DNA from: the human T2T-CHM13v2.0 reference genome, Homo sapiens
Direction: 5' to 3' (one strand)
DNA: 64,000 bases
NCBI RefSeq assembly: GCF_009914755.1
Contig: NC_060939.1
Shown: positions 1 through 13,387 of the stretch, piece after piece
Layout: each line of letters opens with the position of its first letter
Numbering within the stretch: position 1 is the first letter of the stretch
The notes under the pieces: generated by a model
Databases searched by the model: none
What the model was told of the DNA's origin: nothing
Seen by the model: the letters and a program-made list of their open reading frames with translations, nothing else
Program-made: the position numbers and the translations under genes

Positions 1-265
1 GAAGATTAGTTGGGGAATGACACAGTACATAATCCAGAGCAGAGATGATGGTGAGGTGGCAAGGCGTGGAATGCAGGACAAGTTCTAGAAGTAGAGACCA
101 CAGGACTTATCCTTTGGGATAAAAGGAAAGAAAATAATCTTAGATAAGTCAGTTTGGTCCCAGAGCTACCAAGTGAAGAGTGGTACCAATTTATTAGATT
201 TGGAGACTTGGGGAGAAGTATGTTTTTATGGGAAAGACTCAGGACTTCTGTTTAAATATGTTTCT
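1..265 (-). mobile_element. L2 LINE remnant (approximate bounds)
   Basis: Purine-rich sequence resembling the antisense L2 3' region (agagatgatggtgagg...agtagagaccacaggactta...tttaaatatgtt). Confidence 0.5.
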
Positions 266-297
266 CACCTGGCTATGAGAAAGTATACTGACAAAGT

Positions 298-470
298 AGC
301 TGGACATGGTGATTCACACCTGTAATCCAAAACTTTGGGAGGCTGAGGTCAGGAGTTCAAGACCAACCTGGGCAACATAGCAAGATCCTATCTCTACAAA
401 AAAAAGTAGCCAGGTGTGGTGGGGCACACATATAGTCCCAAGCTACTCAGGAGGTTGAAGCAGGAAAGGA
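298..470 (+). mobile_element. AluJ-like, internally deleted and 3' truncated
   Basis: Left monomer (tgtaatccaaaactttgggaggctgaggtcaggagttcaagaccaacctgggcaacatagcaaga) with a deletion between two tgagg motifs. The right monomer stops near 470. Confidence 0.85.
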
Positions 471-660
471 TATTCTTGCTATACTATCAAGTAAAAATGT
501 AGAAAACACAATTACATATACATATGTTAAGGAAGCAGGATATATATTGCTAATATATATTTTTGTGGGTGAATGTTATAGTAAATACTTTCTTCATTAT
601 AATTTCTGTATTCTCTAAAGTTTTACAATAAACAGTATTACTTTTTTGAGCTAAAAAATA
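471..660 (+). mobile_element. Old L1 (L1ME-like) 3' end
   Basis: tttctgtattctctaaagttttacaataaacagtattacttttt resembles the L1ME 3' terminus. Confidence 0.45.
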
Positions 661-1822
661 CTTTTAAGTCATCACAGGGAAATGTTATTTTGCTTCAATC
701 TCACTCTTAATTGCTTTAATTCAGCTTTAGACTCTTTCCTAGGAAATTAAAACAAAAAACCCAAAACATAAAAGAATAAAATGTAAGTAGAAACATTAAG
801 ATAGATAATAAATGAGACAACAGTAGATAACTACTCTGAAAGATACTAACATGACAGGCCCGAAGTCATCCTAGTGCTCTAGAGAAGAATGAGATTCCAG
901 GGGCTAACAAGGGGGTAAGTTCTTAGTTTCTCATCATCATCTACACGTCTTGAGTAAGACAGAATGAAGATCTCCTGGGGCAGAACCATCTGACTGTATC
1001 CCTCTTGCAGCTATCAGCTATCGTGAGTTAAAACAGATTCTTAATGCTGATCCCAGCCTCCTTTTCAACAAGGACCCAGGAAACTATTTTCAATCCATTA
1101 TTAATGAAGTTGGGGGACCTCCATTCTTGTCAACAAGCCTTGATTTTATTCCATTTCAGATGTTGGAGTCATACTATTTAAATCATCTGAGAATTCATGT
1201 TTCCTTTGGGAGCTAATGTATACTGTTTTTACACTTCTACTCTCAGGGACTTAATTCTTTCTAACATAGCACTCTTGTTTTCCAGATGGAAATGAAAAAA
1301 CTAAAGAACAGTACTCTGCAAATGATCTAGTGTGATGATAAGAGAAAGTAAGAGAGGTCAATTTTGGCTAAATAAAACAGAATTTGATGTGTTTTTTAAA
1401 AAATGAAATAATTTTGGAGACGCTCTTGCAATTATGAAATATTATTTACTTGTTTAACAAATCCAGATGAAGAACTTTTCAAAACTCTATGGGAAGCAGC
1501 AGAGTCGAGTTGAAGGAGCTGGAAGACGGCCATTAGAATGGTCTTTATTCTTCCACCAGTTGAAGGAGGTTGGAAGATGAATCTTGCTGAACTTCAGCAT
1601 ATGGGAAACGACTTCGGGGCTACCTGAGTATTCCATCTTGTAATGTTGATAAAAGAACCAAATGAAACAGCATGCAGTGAAGAATTTTGTAAGTCCTAAG
1701 TAAGTACACAAATGTGATGTGGAATGTGATCATAGCTTTAGAAAGCATTGGCTGTTATTAGAAACCTCTATAATGCCAATAAAGAAAGTTGATAGACTTT
1801 CTGAGAATAAATCTGAGAAGTT

Positions 1823-1878
1823 GTTTCTTCTTTTCCTTCTCTTTTCTTATTCTTCTCTTCTTCACTCTTTCTTATCTT
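1823..1878. repeat. Polypyrimidine (CT-rich) low-complexity tract
   Basis: tttcttcttttccttctcttttcttattcttctcttcttcactcttttctt seen directly. Confidence 0.8.
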
Positions 1879-3359
1879 AATTTCCAATTTAAATCATGGG
1901 ATAAATTATAATTGTTACATATCAATAAAGCATTTTTAGGCTGATGAGTAACAAATGTTTAACTCTAAATCTAGGTTGGACAAACCAATGATCTTCAAAT
2001 GCTGCCTTCTCTTTTAAGCCCTTCCTAATTGTCCTAAAAATGTAATTGTTCTTGCTTTTCTGAATTTTTATAGCAATTTGTTTGCAGCTCTATTTACTAT
2101 ATTCCTTATTTACCTTCTTTCCAGTTTTCCTCCCACTAGAGTTTTGGTTCTTTGAATAGAGATACCAAATCTAACTCATTTTTCTGTACCTTCAGTGACA
2201 ATCACAAAACAGGAGCTAAATATAAAATTATTCAATAGAATTCATTTTTTAAAACATTGTCAGGAGCCTACTATCTGCTCAGCTCTTCATAGAGTACAAA
2301 TCAGCGGCTCCATTTGAAACTACATTCAAATTGTCTCATAAAGAGGAGATTTATAGGAAAGAATTCAAGAGTTTCCTAAATTACTATGTAATTGAAGTTT
2401 ACATTTTTCAAAACTGAAAGCCAAAATCTATGGATCAACATTTATTTCAAGTAACCAGCAGCACCCAGTTGCGGCTCAAAGAGAAGGATGCTGCCTTATA
2501 CATCTACCAAGCTCACATCATCAGTACCAGACATGCAGCGGTTTTTCATAGGAGTTTAGAGTTTGACCTGACACTCTCTACTCTTCTACGTTAGGTCCCT
2601 TTGAGGACATTGGTTAAGGGCTAATCTTCTCTTTGGAGATTGGCCTTTCTGATTTGTTTGTTTGTTTGTTTTCCTCTCCTCAGAGCCCTCACTCTCTGCT
2701 AGCCTTGTCTGGGGTGGCTGCCTTAAGGCCAGGCAGGAGGCAGCAGACAGAGAAATAGTAACTGTCCGAAAATTGTTTATCAAGACTCGCAAAGGAATTC
2801 CCAAGCTAGTCATGTTTCTCCTATTTTCCCCCTGGTTTCCAGGTAGTACTAAGGAGCTGTCCAACCTTCCACATCAGCATAGGTTTTTTCCAAACCTGTC
2901 TTTGAATGTCCAGGCCTTCCTATATCCTTCCAGTCTCTCAGCTCCCAGGCTGATTGAGGAGTGTTGCTCTGCTTCCTTGTTGCCCAGTTCATCCTCTGTC
3001 CTCACCTTTGCCCCACACGATGGCAATGGTTGGGCTTAGCTTTGAGCTGTTGAAATCTGGGAAGAAGTCTGTTCCTCTCCCCAGAGTTTAGCATGCATCC
3101 TGTGTCATGTGTACACTAGGTATTCAATAAATATTTGTTGAATAAATAAATTCTAGCAACCAGAAGTAGTCTGTCCTTCCCTTCCTATACTCATGCTTCA
3201 CTTTCATGCCATTTTCTTAAACCTTAGCCCTTTTAAACTGACATTAGACTTTAGCCTACCTGATATCAGCATCCTATCTAATATATCCAACTGAAGAGAA
3301 AGTTGTCTGAGCATAGATTCCAGGTCTCTTTAATTTTTAACCTTTAAAAACTTAATCTT

Positions 3360-4050
3360 TTCCTCAACAAAACACTGTCGAGCTTTTCTCATATGTCAGA
3401 AATACATAGAAGTTTGAGCCAGTGGTAGATAAGATAGAAACAGAATTCCTACCCTGAAGGACTATGAAGTCTGTTAGAAGAGACCCGCCTCTAAAACATA
3501 ATGTGAAGATTATGTGAGTGAGATGCAAGCAGGATTCTACGGGAGCACCACATCTTGTATTAATTCATTCATCATTTCTACAGAGCAGCAATTTTGTCAA
3601 ACCTGGTGTCAAATAGCTGTGATACAAAAAGTTTGGCATACTCTCTGCCTTCAAGGTGTTTAAAAGAGAGTAGCAGAGATTAGTGCTTACCTGAATGGTT
3701 ATTTTATGACATTTAATGTATTTTAGTGCTAAACATATGCACCCATTGTTATGGAATGCCAAAGAAGGAATGAAGGAAGATACTTGAGTTTAAGTTTTTA
3801 AGAAAGGAACAGATTTACCAGGGAACCCTGGTGGGTCAGCTCATGAATGCTGGTGAGCCTTCCTAAAGGGTTTAAGACATCATCTTTTGAAGAACTGGGA
3901 GGCACTGATGGTTTTTAAGAGGGGAAATGACATAATCTGATTTGTGTTGCAGATAGATGGCTCTGCTGGAGAATAAGATAGATGGGTTGAGGGGAGAGAA
4001 ACCCACAACAGTGACAACAGTTGGAAGGGGCTGCAATTGTCCAGGCTTCC
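3360..4050 (-). mobile_element. L2 remnants (probably two fragments)
   Basis: Antisense L2 3' motifs (attcattcatcatttctacagagca; gcactgatggtttttaagaggggaaatgacataatctgatttgtg; ggggctgcaattgtccagg). Confidence 0.6.
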
Positions 4051-4597
4051 AATAAATATTTGTTTTTAAAGAGACCAACATCAGAAGACCCCGCTGTGCA
4101 TTGAGGCCCCTGAGAAAGGAGTCAAGCATGTCGGGGTGGCACGTACTAGGCAGGAGAGAGACAGCGTTGCCCTGGCCGCCCCTTCATGCCTGGTGTCCCA
4201 CAGAGGAAACCCCTGAAGCTCAGGCAAGCTCCATGCCCAGAAGGCACTTTATTGATGTCCCTTTCCAAACATAAAATGTAGTCCAAAATTCCAGGATGAT
4301 TGGATAAATTTGTAAATATAATCAAAACATGTTTTTACTTGGTTTCCAGGATGAAATTGGAAAAATAATGCTCAAGCGGGTTGGGGCTGTAGAAATTCAT
4401 CTGTTCTTTATTCTGTCTGCTTTTTTTCTGGTTCCAGGCCAATCAGCTTAGAATGAGAGACAGTTAGAACCAGATTATGCAGCCATTTTAGTTCCTAGGG
4501 GACTTGGGCTATAGCAAAAATGTGTACCTCAGACTAGACAGGCTCCGTAGCTTAGAACTAGGATACCTGTGGTTGTTAGAAAGACAGAGTACTTTTC

Positions 4598-4918
<321 letters not shown>

Positions 4919-5269
4919 AGAGTACTTTTCTTCCAATCTGAGATCTAGAAATAATTTCAGAGGAGACTGGATAACTCAGATGTCTTGAGTATCGTTTTAC
5001 GTGTCCAAAGTGTGTGTTACTATGAGGCTTACTCTGACCTCTCAGAACCATTACAAGCCCACCTTGAGGCCCACTCTCAGAATGATATGATCCAGCCCCC
5101 TCAGGCTTCCCTACGCCATGGTGTTCATGACATCAGAAGTCAAAGAGGTCATGGGTATGACTTTGACACCTGGAGGTTGGTACACTTACACTGATAAACC
5201 TAATTCCTTATGAGAAGCTAGATGAGTTAACATGAATGATGAAAGGAAAACAAAGAAAAAGCAAACAGC

Positions 5270-5480
5270 ATGCTTATGACAGCAGTTCTGCCAAGTGCTT
5301 CTCATGGATTGTATTGATTTTTCACAACAATTTACAGAGATTTGTTACTGCCATCCACCCCCTTTTTACAGAGGAGGATACCGAGGGCTAGAAACATACA
5401 TGATTTTCCCAAGGTTATCAGCCAGTAATTTATTGAAGGAGCCAGGATGGGAACACAGATGGTCTGACTCCACAACTAGG
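5270..5480 (-). mobile_element. MIR
   Basis: Antisense MIR core ccctttttacagaggaggataccgagggctaga...tgattttcccaaggtta...gagccaggatgggaacacagatggtctgactcca. Confidence 0.7.
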
Positions 5481-5991
5481 CTGTAAGGTGAAGTTACCAT
5501 CGAATGTTTAGGGAGAAGTTATGTCATTTCAGTTGTAGCTAGTTGAACTTGTGTCAGGAGATGAAACTTATAGTGATAGAAGGAGGAAACCAAGACACAT
5601 GACTGTTAGAGAAACAGTTCCTGCTCTTCATTTAGCATTGTTATATTAACAAGTAGATGCAAGGCAAAGTGCTGGTAAGGCTGTCAAAAATCAGTGCAGC
5701 ATGCAGCCACAGAACCAAGACGTTTTCATAAGAGCTATCAAATGCAATACTGATGATCAAGATTATTCCAAGAATCAAAGAAGCATCCTTTGACAACATT
5801 TCTGAAAGCAAAATAAAAAAATGTTTAGAAAGCTGCAGAACCCAGTGAAATTCAGGCAGGAACGTTGACCTTGGAGGTCTTTCAACTGGGCTGAACACTT
5901 TATATTCCATGGCTCAGAAGTTCCCTAGCTTGTGTTTGGGAAAAAAACGTACAACACCTGGGATCTCAGCCTTTGTTTTTAAGCTCTAGAA

Positions 5992-6210
5992 CTGGGTGTT
6001 CAACCCTTTTCTGTAGGTGACTAGATAGTCACTTTGCAGGCCATAGAGACTGTGGCATGACTGCTCAGCTCTGTCTACTGCTGTAGCAGGAAAGCAGCCA
6101 TATATCCTAAGGAAATGACTAGGCATGGCTCTATTCCCATATTATTTTATTTACACAAACATGTGGTGGGCTGGATTTGGCCTGCAGGCCATAGTTTGCC
6201 AAAACGCCTC
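5992..6210 (+). mobile_element. MER58A-like hAT-Charlie MITE
   Basis: ctttgcaggccatagagactgtggcatgactgctcagctctg...ggtgggctggatttggcctgcaggccatagtttgcc. Confidence 0.75.
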
Positions 6211-6969
6211 CATAACCATGTTAAGGTGGGGTCAGAAAAGAAACTAGTCAGTCATTGAACAAATATTTAGTAAGTGTCCAATGTCCACGATAAGCCCCAA
6301 AAAAGTTCACAGTGTAATATAAGAGACAGATGTATAGGAAGTTAATTACAATAACTACAAATACTAGGACTGGAGAAATTTTAGGTGCTGAAGCCTTCTG
6401 AAGGAGAGAGCCGATAAATTCTCCTGGGAAGTTAGAGCAGATTTCATGGAGGGAGTGACATTTTAACCAGGCCAACCTTTCTCCCTTCCGCACCCTTGGG
6501 AGACAATTCTACTTCCACACTATTCTCATCAACCCCAGACACGGCATCAGAATCCTACTGAACACAGACTCAGGAAAACATTGCCAATCAACATTGCATT
6601 TACCAAGTGAACTGTAATCTATTTCCACTCCACTTCTTGAAGGATGGATAGGAGATCCCTAGCAAAGAAGCAAGACGTTAGATACAACAGGCACATGGCT
6701 GGTGGGGAGAGGGGGTGGATAGAAGGCAAGGACTGCCTGCAAAATGTCACTGAAAAAGAAGCATGTAATTAAGAGCAGAGAGGTGCCAGAGGTAATGATG
6801 GATGTGAGGGCTGTGATCAAGGTCTCTATGTAGTGCTGTGATTCTGCTTATGGTTATAAAAGTCTGGAGGCAATATAAAAGCTAAAGGAAAAGGCAATCT
6901 TGGGGAGTAATGGAGAGCAAGAGTAGCACTGTTTACAGGCTGCTATAATAATCTGCAAGAAATAACAAA

Positions 6970-7255
6970 TGCCGGGCATGGTGGCTCATGTCTGTAATCC
7001 CAGCGCTTTGGGAGGTTGAGTCAGGAGGATCACTTGAGCCAGGAGTTGGAGACCAGCCTGGACAATGTAGTGAAACCCTGCCCCTACAAAAATTTAAAAA
7101 TTGGCCAGGCATGGTGGGGTGCACCTGTAGTCCCAGCTACTCCAGAGGCTGAGATGGGAGGATCGCGTGAGCCTGGGATGCGGAGGTAGCAGAGAGCCGA
7201 GACTCCAGCCTGGGTGACAGAATGAGATGCTGTCTTAAAAACATTAAAAATAAAA
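6970..7255 (+). mobile_element. AluJ
   Basis: J-type gaggatcacttgagccaggag and gggaggatcgcgtgagcctggg. TSD AGAAATAACAAA at 6958-6969 and 7616-7627 brackets both Alus. Confidence 0.92.
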
Positions 7256-7580
7256 GGCTGGGCGCGGTGGCTCACGCCTGTAATCCCAGTACTTTGGGAG
7301 GCTGAGGCGGGTGGATCACGAGGTCAGGAGATCAAGACCATCCTGGCTAACACGGTGAAACCCTCTCTCTATGAAAAATACAAAAAATTAGCTGGGCATG
7401 GTGGCAGGCGCCTGTAGTCCCAGCTCCTCAGGAGGCTGAGGCAGGAGAATGGCCTGAACTCGGGAGGCGGAGATTGCAGTGAGCCGAGATCGCGCCACTG
7501 CACTCACTCTAGCCTGGGAGAGAGAGCGAGACTCTGTCTCAAAAAAAATAAAATAAAATAAATAAAATAAATTTAAAAAA
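7256..7580 (+). mobile_element. AluY inserted in the A-tail of the AluJ
   Basis: Y-type gatcacgaggtcaggagatcaagaccatcctggctaacacggtgaaa and aggagaatggc; (AAAAT)n tail. Confidence 0.93.
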
Positions 7581-8847
7581 TGAAAAAGAAAGAAAAAAAG
7601 AAAGAAGAGAAAAACAGAAATAACAAAGATCTGTCCTAAGATATTGGTGATAGGGATAAAGAAGAGAAAATCTATTTTAAAAAATCACTAAAGGCACAGA
7701 ATTTGCAGTTCTTGGCTATCAAATTGGACATGGTACTGAGAGGTAGAAAAGAGCACAGGATCATGTCGCATCCTTCAATCAGATCCGTGACTAGATTGGC
7801 ACAAGAAAGAAACACAATCAAGCCAATACTCCTAATGTCCTGATGTGTAACGAACCCTTGAAAATCCATGCAAAGCAAAACTTTGGAAAGAAAGAAACAT
7901 CAGCCTTGGAAGCTGGGGAAAACCTCAGCTGATTTTAATTTTTCATTCCCACTACTTTATACTGCAGCCACAGTATAAGCCACAATCGAATAAGACATTG
8001 CATCCCTCCCGTTAGCTCATTAGCAATGAAGGATCTGATCTTTAAAAGAAAAATTGGGAAATTTCGCCACAGATGGGAATGCGTTGATTACATGGTGAGG
8101 CTGTTACTGCACACTCAGCAACAGGTGCTGCTGTCTTTGTAGAACCCTGTGTTTCAACAGACTCGCTGAGACTCAGACATGGTTGGTGAATAACAATTCA
8201 CACTGATTGCAAAACCCTGATCTTGTTTTTCTTATATTTTCCTCTAATATCGAGCAAGTGGAGGTACTATGTCCCATTCCAGCTATTTTAAACATGCACT
8301 CATGAGTTTTTTCGGCTCAGAAAGTCTTATCTCCAACCATACCTTTTTATTTCCTTGCCATCTTATGGGCCTCAGATAATGTGCAGATCTCCTTGCAACA
8401 ATGAAGAGAGAATATCCTTCCAGAGAAACACTGGAAACATGAGATGGTTATCTTTAATAATCTGGAAGTGCCTAATGTCACCTTTTGAAAAAAAAGAAGC
8501 TGATAAATAACTCCATTTTTTATTTGTGGGAAGTTAGTGATAAATTCAGAGAGTGTGAGCAGATGCAGTGACAGGTGACAGCCCATTTTTATGTGGATGT
8601 GTGTATTGAGGGCATCTCTAGCCTTAAAAACATGAATAGAGATTGCAGTTACATGAACCGAATACAGAGAATGCTTGGTGAATTTAAGAGATATGTATTG
8701 TAGGTCTTTCTCGCTTTATAGAAGCAACTGCCAGATTGAGTAATATTGTTCTTCCTTGAAAAATACATATGAGACACAACAGCCCCCATGAATGGCCATC
8801 TCTCTTGTATTTGTAGAGAAAGAAGAATTCATTTGCAATGCACTTTT

Positions 8848-9156
<309 letters not shown>

Positions 9157-10502
9157 TAATAGTCTTATCCAGTGGAATCTAAGACATGCCTCACCCATTG
9201 ACAAAAGTTCGTATGTTTACTTTTAGCATTATATTCTTTCAAAAAGGTTGATGGCCATATTAACTTAAATTCTGAAAGTCTATATGTGCATAAAAACTTG
9301 CCCCTCCCCACAAAATCATAAATTTTAAAGTCAACCTTCAATTACAATAATTAACAAGCATCTTCAACACACTTCATTCAAACTTCCAAAAATGCCATTT
9401 TATTTAATGTTTGGCTCAGTCCTTATGAGGTAATATGGTCTTGGAGAAGTTGCTAAATCTCTCTTTAACTCAATTTTTGCATTTATATATTGGAGATAAT
9501 TTCAATATGTACCTTGTAAGATTTTCAGAAGTAGAGAGAAATATCTTAAAAATGGAACTCACTGCCTGGAAGATAGCAAGAAAGCAATAAACAGTAACTA
9601 TGAAGATCCTCGTGGTGACTGCGATCTAAACAATGAAATTAACAATGTCTATAGACCTTCCCAGGCCTGGTGAGCTACTTTAGTTTACTACTATCTTGTG
9701 GATACACATACGTTTTTGGAAGATACAAAGCTAAATGCTCAATGACCACTTCCAAAAAAAAATGTATAATGCTCTTGCTCTTTGCTACTGACCCTTTTTT
9801 TAATGACCTCTTTACCTCCCCATTCCCCACTTAGACCCATTAGCAGGATGTGCTGCAATATGCTGCTTGTCATCTGTTTCAAAGACACAGTGATGGGATA
9901 CAGGTACGCCAGATGGATAAATCTAGTGTGACTAATTATTGTGTATTTGCCTTTAATTATTATCATTTATTACCAGAGGAAAGACAATAGAGGTTCTCTG
10001 ACTTAGAAGAAACTGTTGGCAGCAGGGAAGTTATTCTTGTAACATTAATGAGTACAGCTAAATGTTCATTCTTCGCAAAAAGCAAAGAAAAGACAAGCAT
10101 ATACATATGATGAAGGAAGGAAGGAAGGAAGGAAATGTTGCTTGCTTTAACATTTAATCTAGGTGGTTTTAATAAATATCGAACTATAACTTTAAAAAAA
10201 AATTACAGAGAATTTTAGATGTTGACTCAGACTAGCTTTTCTGGTCTTTTACAGAATAGTACTTCAAATAATTAGGCCAACAAGTGTCTGCTGTTAATTG
10301 AGGTTTAGAAAAGGAATTTGAACCTAGAAAGTCATCCTCAGATTTTGAAAAAAATAGGTATTTGTGTAAGTATCTCTTCGCTATTTTCAGTTTTTTCACT
10401 ATCACATAGTATTTTTAAAGATTTGTTCTACTCATTATTTGATTCAATCATAATAAAGATAATTTTAAAAACATAAAAGGAAGGTTTTTAACCTCAAGTT
10501 AA

Positions 10503-10917
<415 letters not shown>

Positions 10918-11360
10918 TAGTGGAGCTTAAAATCAGCATACAGGGTTTGACATATTGACATGCCCAAACCCCAAAATAGCTACAACTCCTCTGACACTGG
11001 ATAATGAATTGGAAGAAATTTTGATGAGAAAATAACACTCTGTAATAACATGGAACTTGCATTTCATTAAGAGATTCATTTCCTTTCAAGTTCATAAAGT
11101 GGTCTGTTTTAGATAAATACCTGTGTAGTTGAGTATTTGGTGAAATAAGAACAGAAATAGTAACAATGAATTCTTCTCTAACAAGTTTTAGTTAATGTTA
11201 ATCTTTCAATAGACCTTGAGTCTGTATTTTCCCCTTTTCTAGAACCTGAAATCATATGGCTATAAGTCTAAAAAAACATTTGGGAGTTTGCGATAGGGAA
11301 AAATACAGAAGTAGGTGGTGAAGCTGGAATAGCTGCTTTTGAAATGAAATCATAGGAGTG

Positions 11361-11720
11361 TAATATGGTTTGATTCTGTGTCCCCACCCAAATCTCATCT
11401 CGGATTATAATCCCCATGTGTCCAGGGAGGGAGGTGATTGAATCATTGGGGCGAGATTTCCCATGCTATTCTCATGACAGTGAGTTCTCACGAGATCTGA
11501 TGGTTTTACATTTGTTTGACAGTTCCTCCTTCACACGCATGCTCTTGCTCCTGTCCCCTTGTGAAGAAGGTGCCTGCTTCCCCTTCCACTTCCACCATGA
11601 TTGTAAGTTTCCTGAGGCCTCCCCAGCCATGCAGAACTGTAAGTCAATTAAACTTCTTTCCTTTATAAATTACCCAGTCTCGGGTATTTCTTTATAGCAG
11701 CATGAAAAGAGACTAATACA
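11361..11720 (+). mobile_element. THE1 (C/D-like) MaLR solo LTR
   Basis: Starts taatatggtttg (consensus tgatatggtttg), ends gactaataca, has the ccaccatgattgtaagtttcctgaggcctcccc motif. 5-bp TSD GAGTG at 11356-11360 and 11721-11725. Confidence 0.93.
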
Positions 11721-11979
11721 GAGTGGAAGCAGAAGCTGAGATGAAGTGCACTCAGCTATGGAACTACCCAGCATTTCTGCTGGGTAGAAGGGAAACAAGC
11801 CCTGTACTAAGAGTGGATGTGTGGGGGCAGAGGAACAATTTTTCCATAACAAATGTATGGTGAACATTTTATTTTCATCTCCCAGTACAATTTTCTTCTT
11901 TTTAAGAACTCCTTTATTTTCTCTTCCTCCTCGATGAAAACAGTCTTCTCTTAGTCAAGGAGAATAATTAGAATAATAA

Positions 11980-12328
<349 letters not shown>

Positions 12329-12379
12329 TGAATCTTGAGTAGAGAAATGAAAGGATTGAAAATAGTTGAGTTTTATTGC

Positions 12380-12600
12380 ACTCTGGTCCTGACTACACTG
12401 TTACAGTTTCAAAATCCTGTGTTTCTTGCTTCCTGGCCTCTGAAACTGTGTTGCGTCACAACAATGTATATGTCTTCTCGTAACAGCAGCAACATCTGAG
12501 CTCTGCTTGCCTCTCCAAACTTCCTTTGAGTTCCTGATAACCTTTCAATAAATTCCCTTTCCTTTGGTTAGTTAGAATTGGCTTCTTGCAATCAAAGCCA
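12380..12600 (+). mobile_element. Old MaLR (MLT1-like) LTR 3' portion
   Basis: caataaattcccttt...gttagttagaattggcttcttgcaatcaaag resembles MLT1 LTR ends. The terminal CTAATACA is absent. Confidence 0.5.
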
Positions 12601-12609
12601 CCTTTGAGA

Positions 12610-12666
12610 AGGAGAATCACTTGAACCTGGGAGTTGGAGGTTGCAGTCAGCCAAGATCGTGCCATT
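12610..12666 (+). mobile_element. 57-bp internal Alu right-monomer fragment, no tail, no TSD
   Basis: aggagaatcacttgaacctgggagttggaggttgcagtcagccaagatcgtgccatt. Confidence 0.88.
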
Positions 12667-13008
12667 ATCAGTATTACTGATAATACTGCGCAATAATGCA
12701 TAGATGAACAATAATAATAATAATGATAAAGTTACCCATTATGTTTTTCTATCTCATGCATACAAGTTGCCTTGTTCCTCTGGAACCCAAGATGTAAGAG
12801 TCAACAGAGACTTTGAAGTTGATTCAGACATCAGATGTAGTTAGTATTATGATAAGTCTTGTATATCACTCTATAGTTGCCATGCCACAACTGCTTAAAA
12901 TCTGCTTTTATATTTTGATACCATATCTAAAGCTGTAACATGATTGATTCTAAACCAGTATTTGAATATTATAAATTAAAAGAAAACACATAAATACTAA
13001 TCAGTCAT

Positions 13009-13387
13009 TGTGGCAGAAGTGTTGACCATTCTCTTCTCTCCTTCCAGCATTGCGCCTCTCCATCTATTTGCATTTAGGTGTGTCCATTGACTTGCTTTGA
13101 CAGATCACATGAGAGGGAAGAGATATATGACTTCTTTTTTTGTAAAAGCATTTAATTGTTAGTGCCCAACTCTCCAAGTATTTTATCTCATTGCTATAAC
13201 AATGGGAAATTTCTGGTGATGGAGCTCTATTCACCTGAGTCCTCTAATGAGGACTTTTCTAAGAAAACAGTCTTGTCACGAATGTAAAGATGAACATATT
13301 AGATGACTGACAAATAAATCACAGACTTAAGCCACTTAGATGCATGGCTCTTATTGGAGCAAAACTTAGCCTGCCCTGACTAATATA
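13009..13387 (+). mobile_element. MLT1 (I/J-like) solo LTR
   Basis: Starts tgtggcag, contains aaagcatttaattgttagtg, ends cttaagccact...cttagcctgccctgactaatata. Confidence 0.7.

Larger units (their letters stand above)
6830..7770 (-). mobile_element. L2 remnant interrupted by two nested Alus
   Basis: L2-like sequence continues on both sides of the Alu pair (ggagagcaagagtag...ggctgctataataatctg | gatctgtcctaagatattggtgataggg...ttggacatgg). Confidence 0.55.

Noticed and set aside
2150-2300. Tail-to-tail L2 ends resembling the architecture of L2-derived miRNAs
   Set aside because: Arms too diverged to form a convincing stem.
3121-3144. Near-perfect 24-bp palindrome tattcaataaatatttgttgaata
   Set aside because: Intrinsic to the L2 3' tail consensus.
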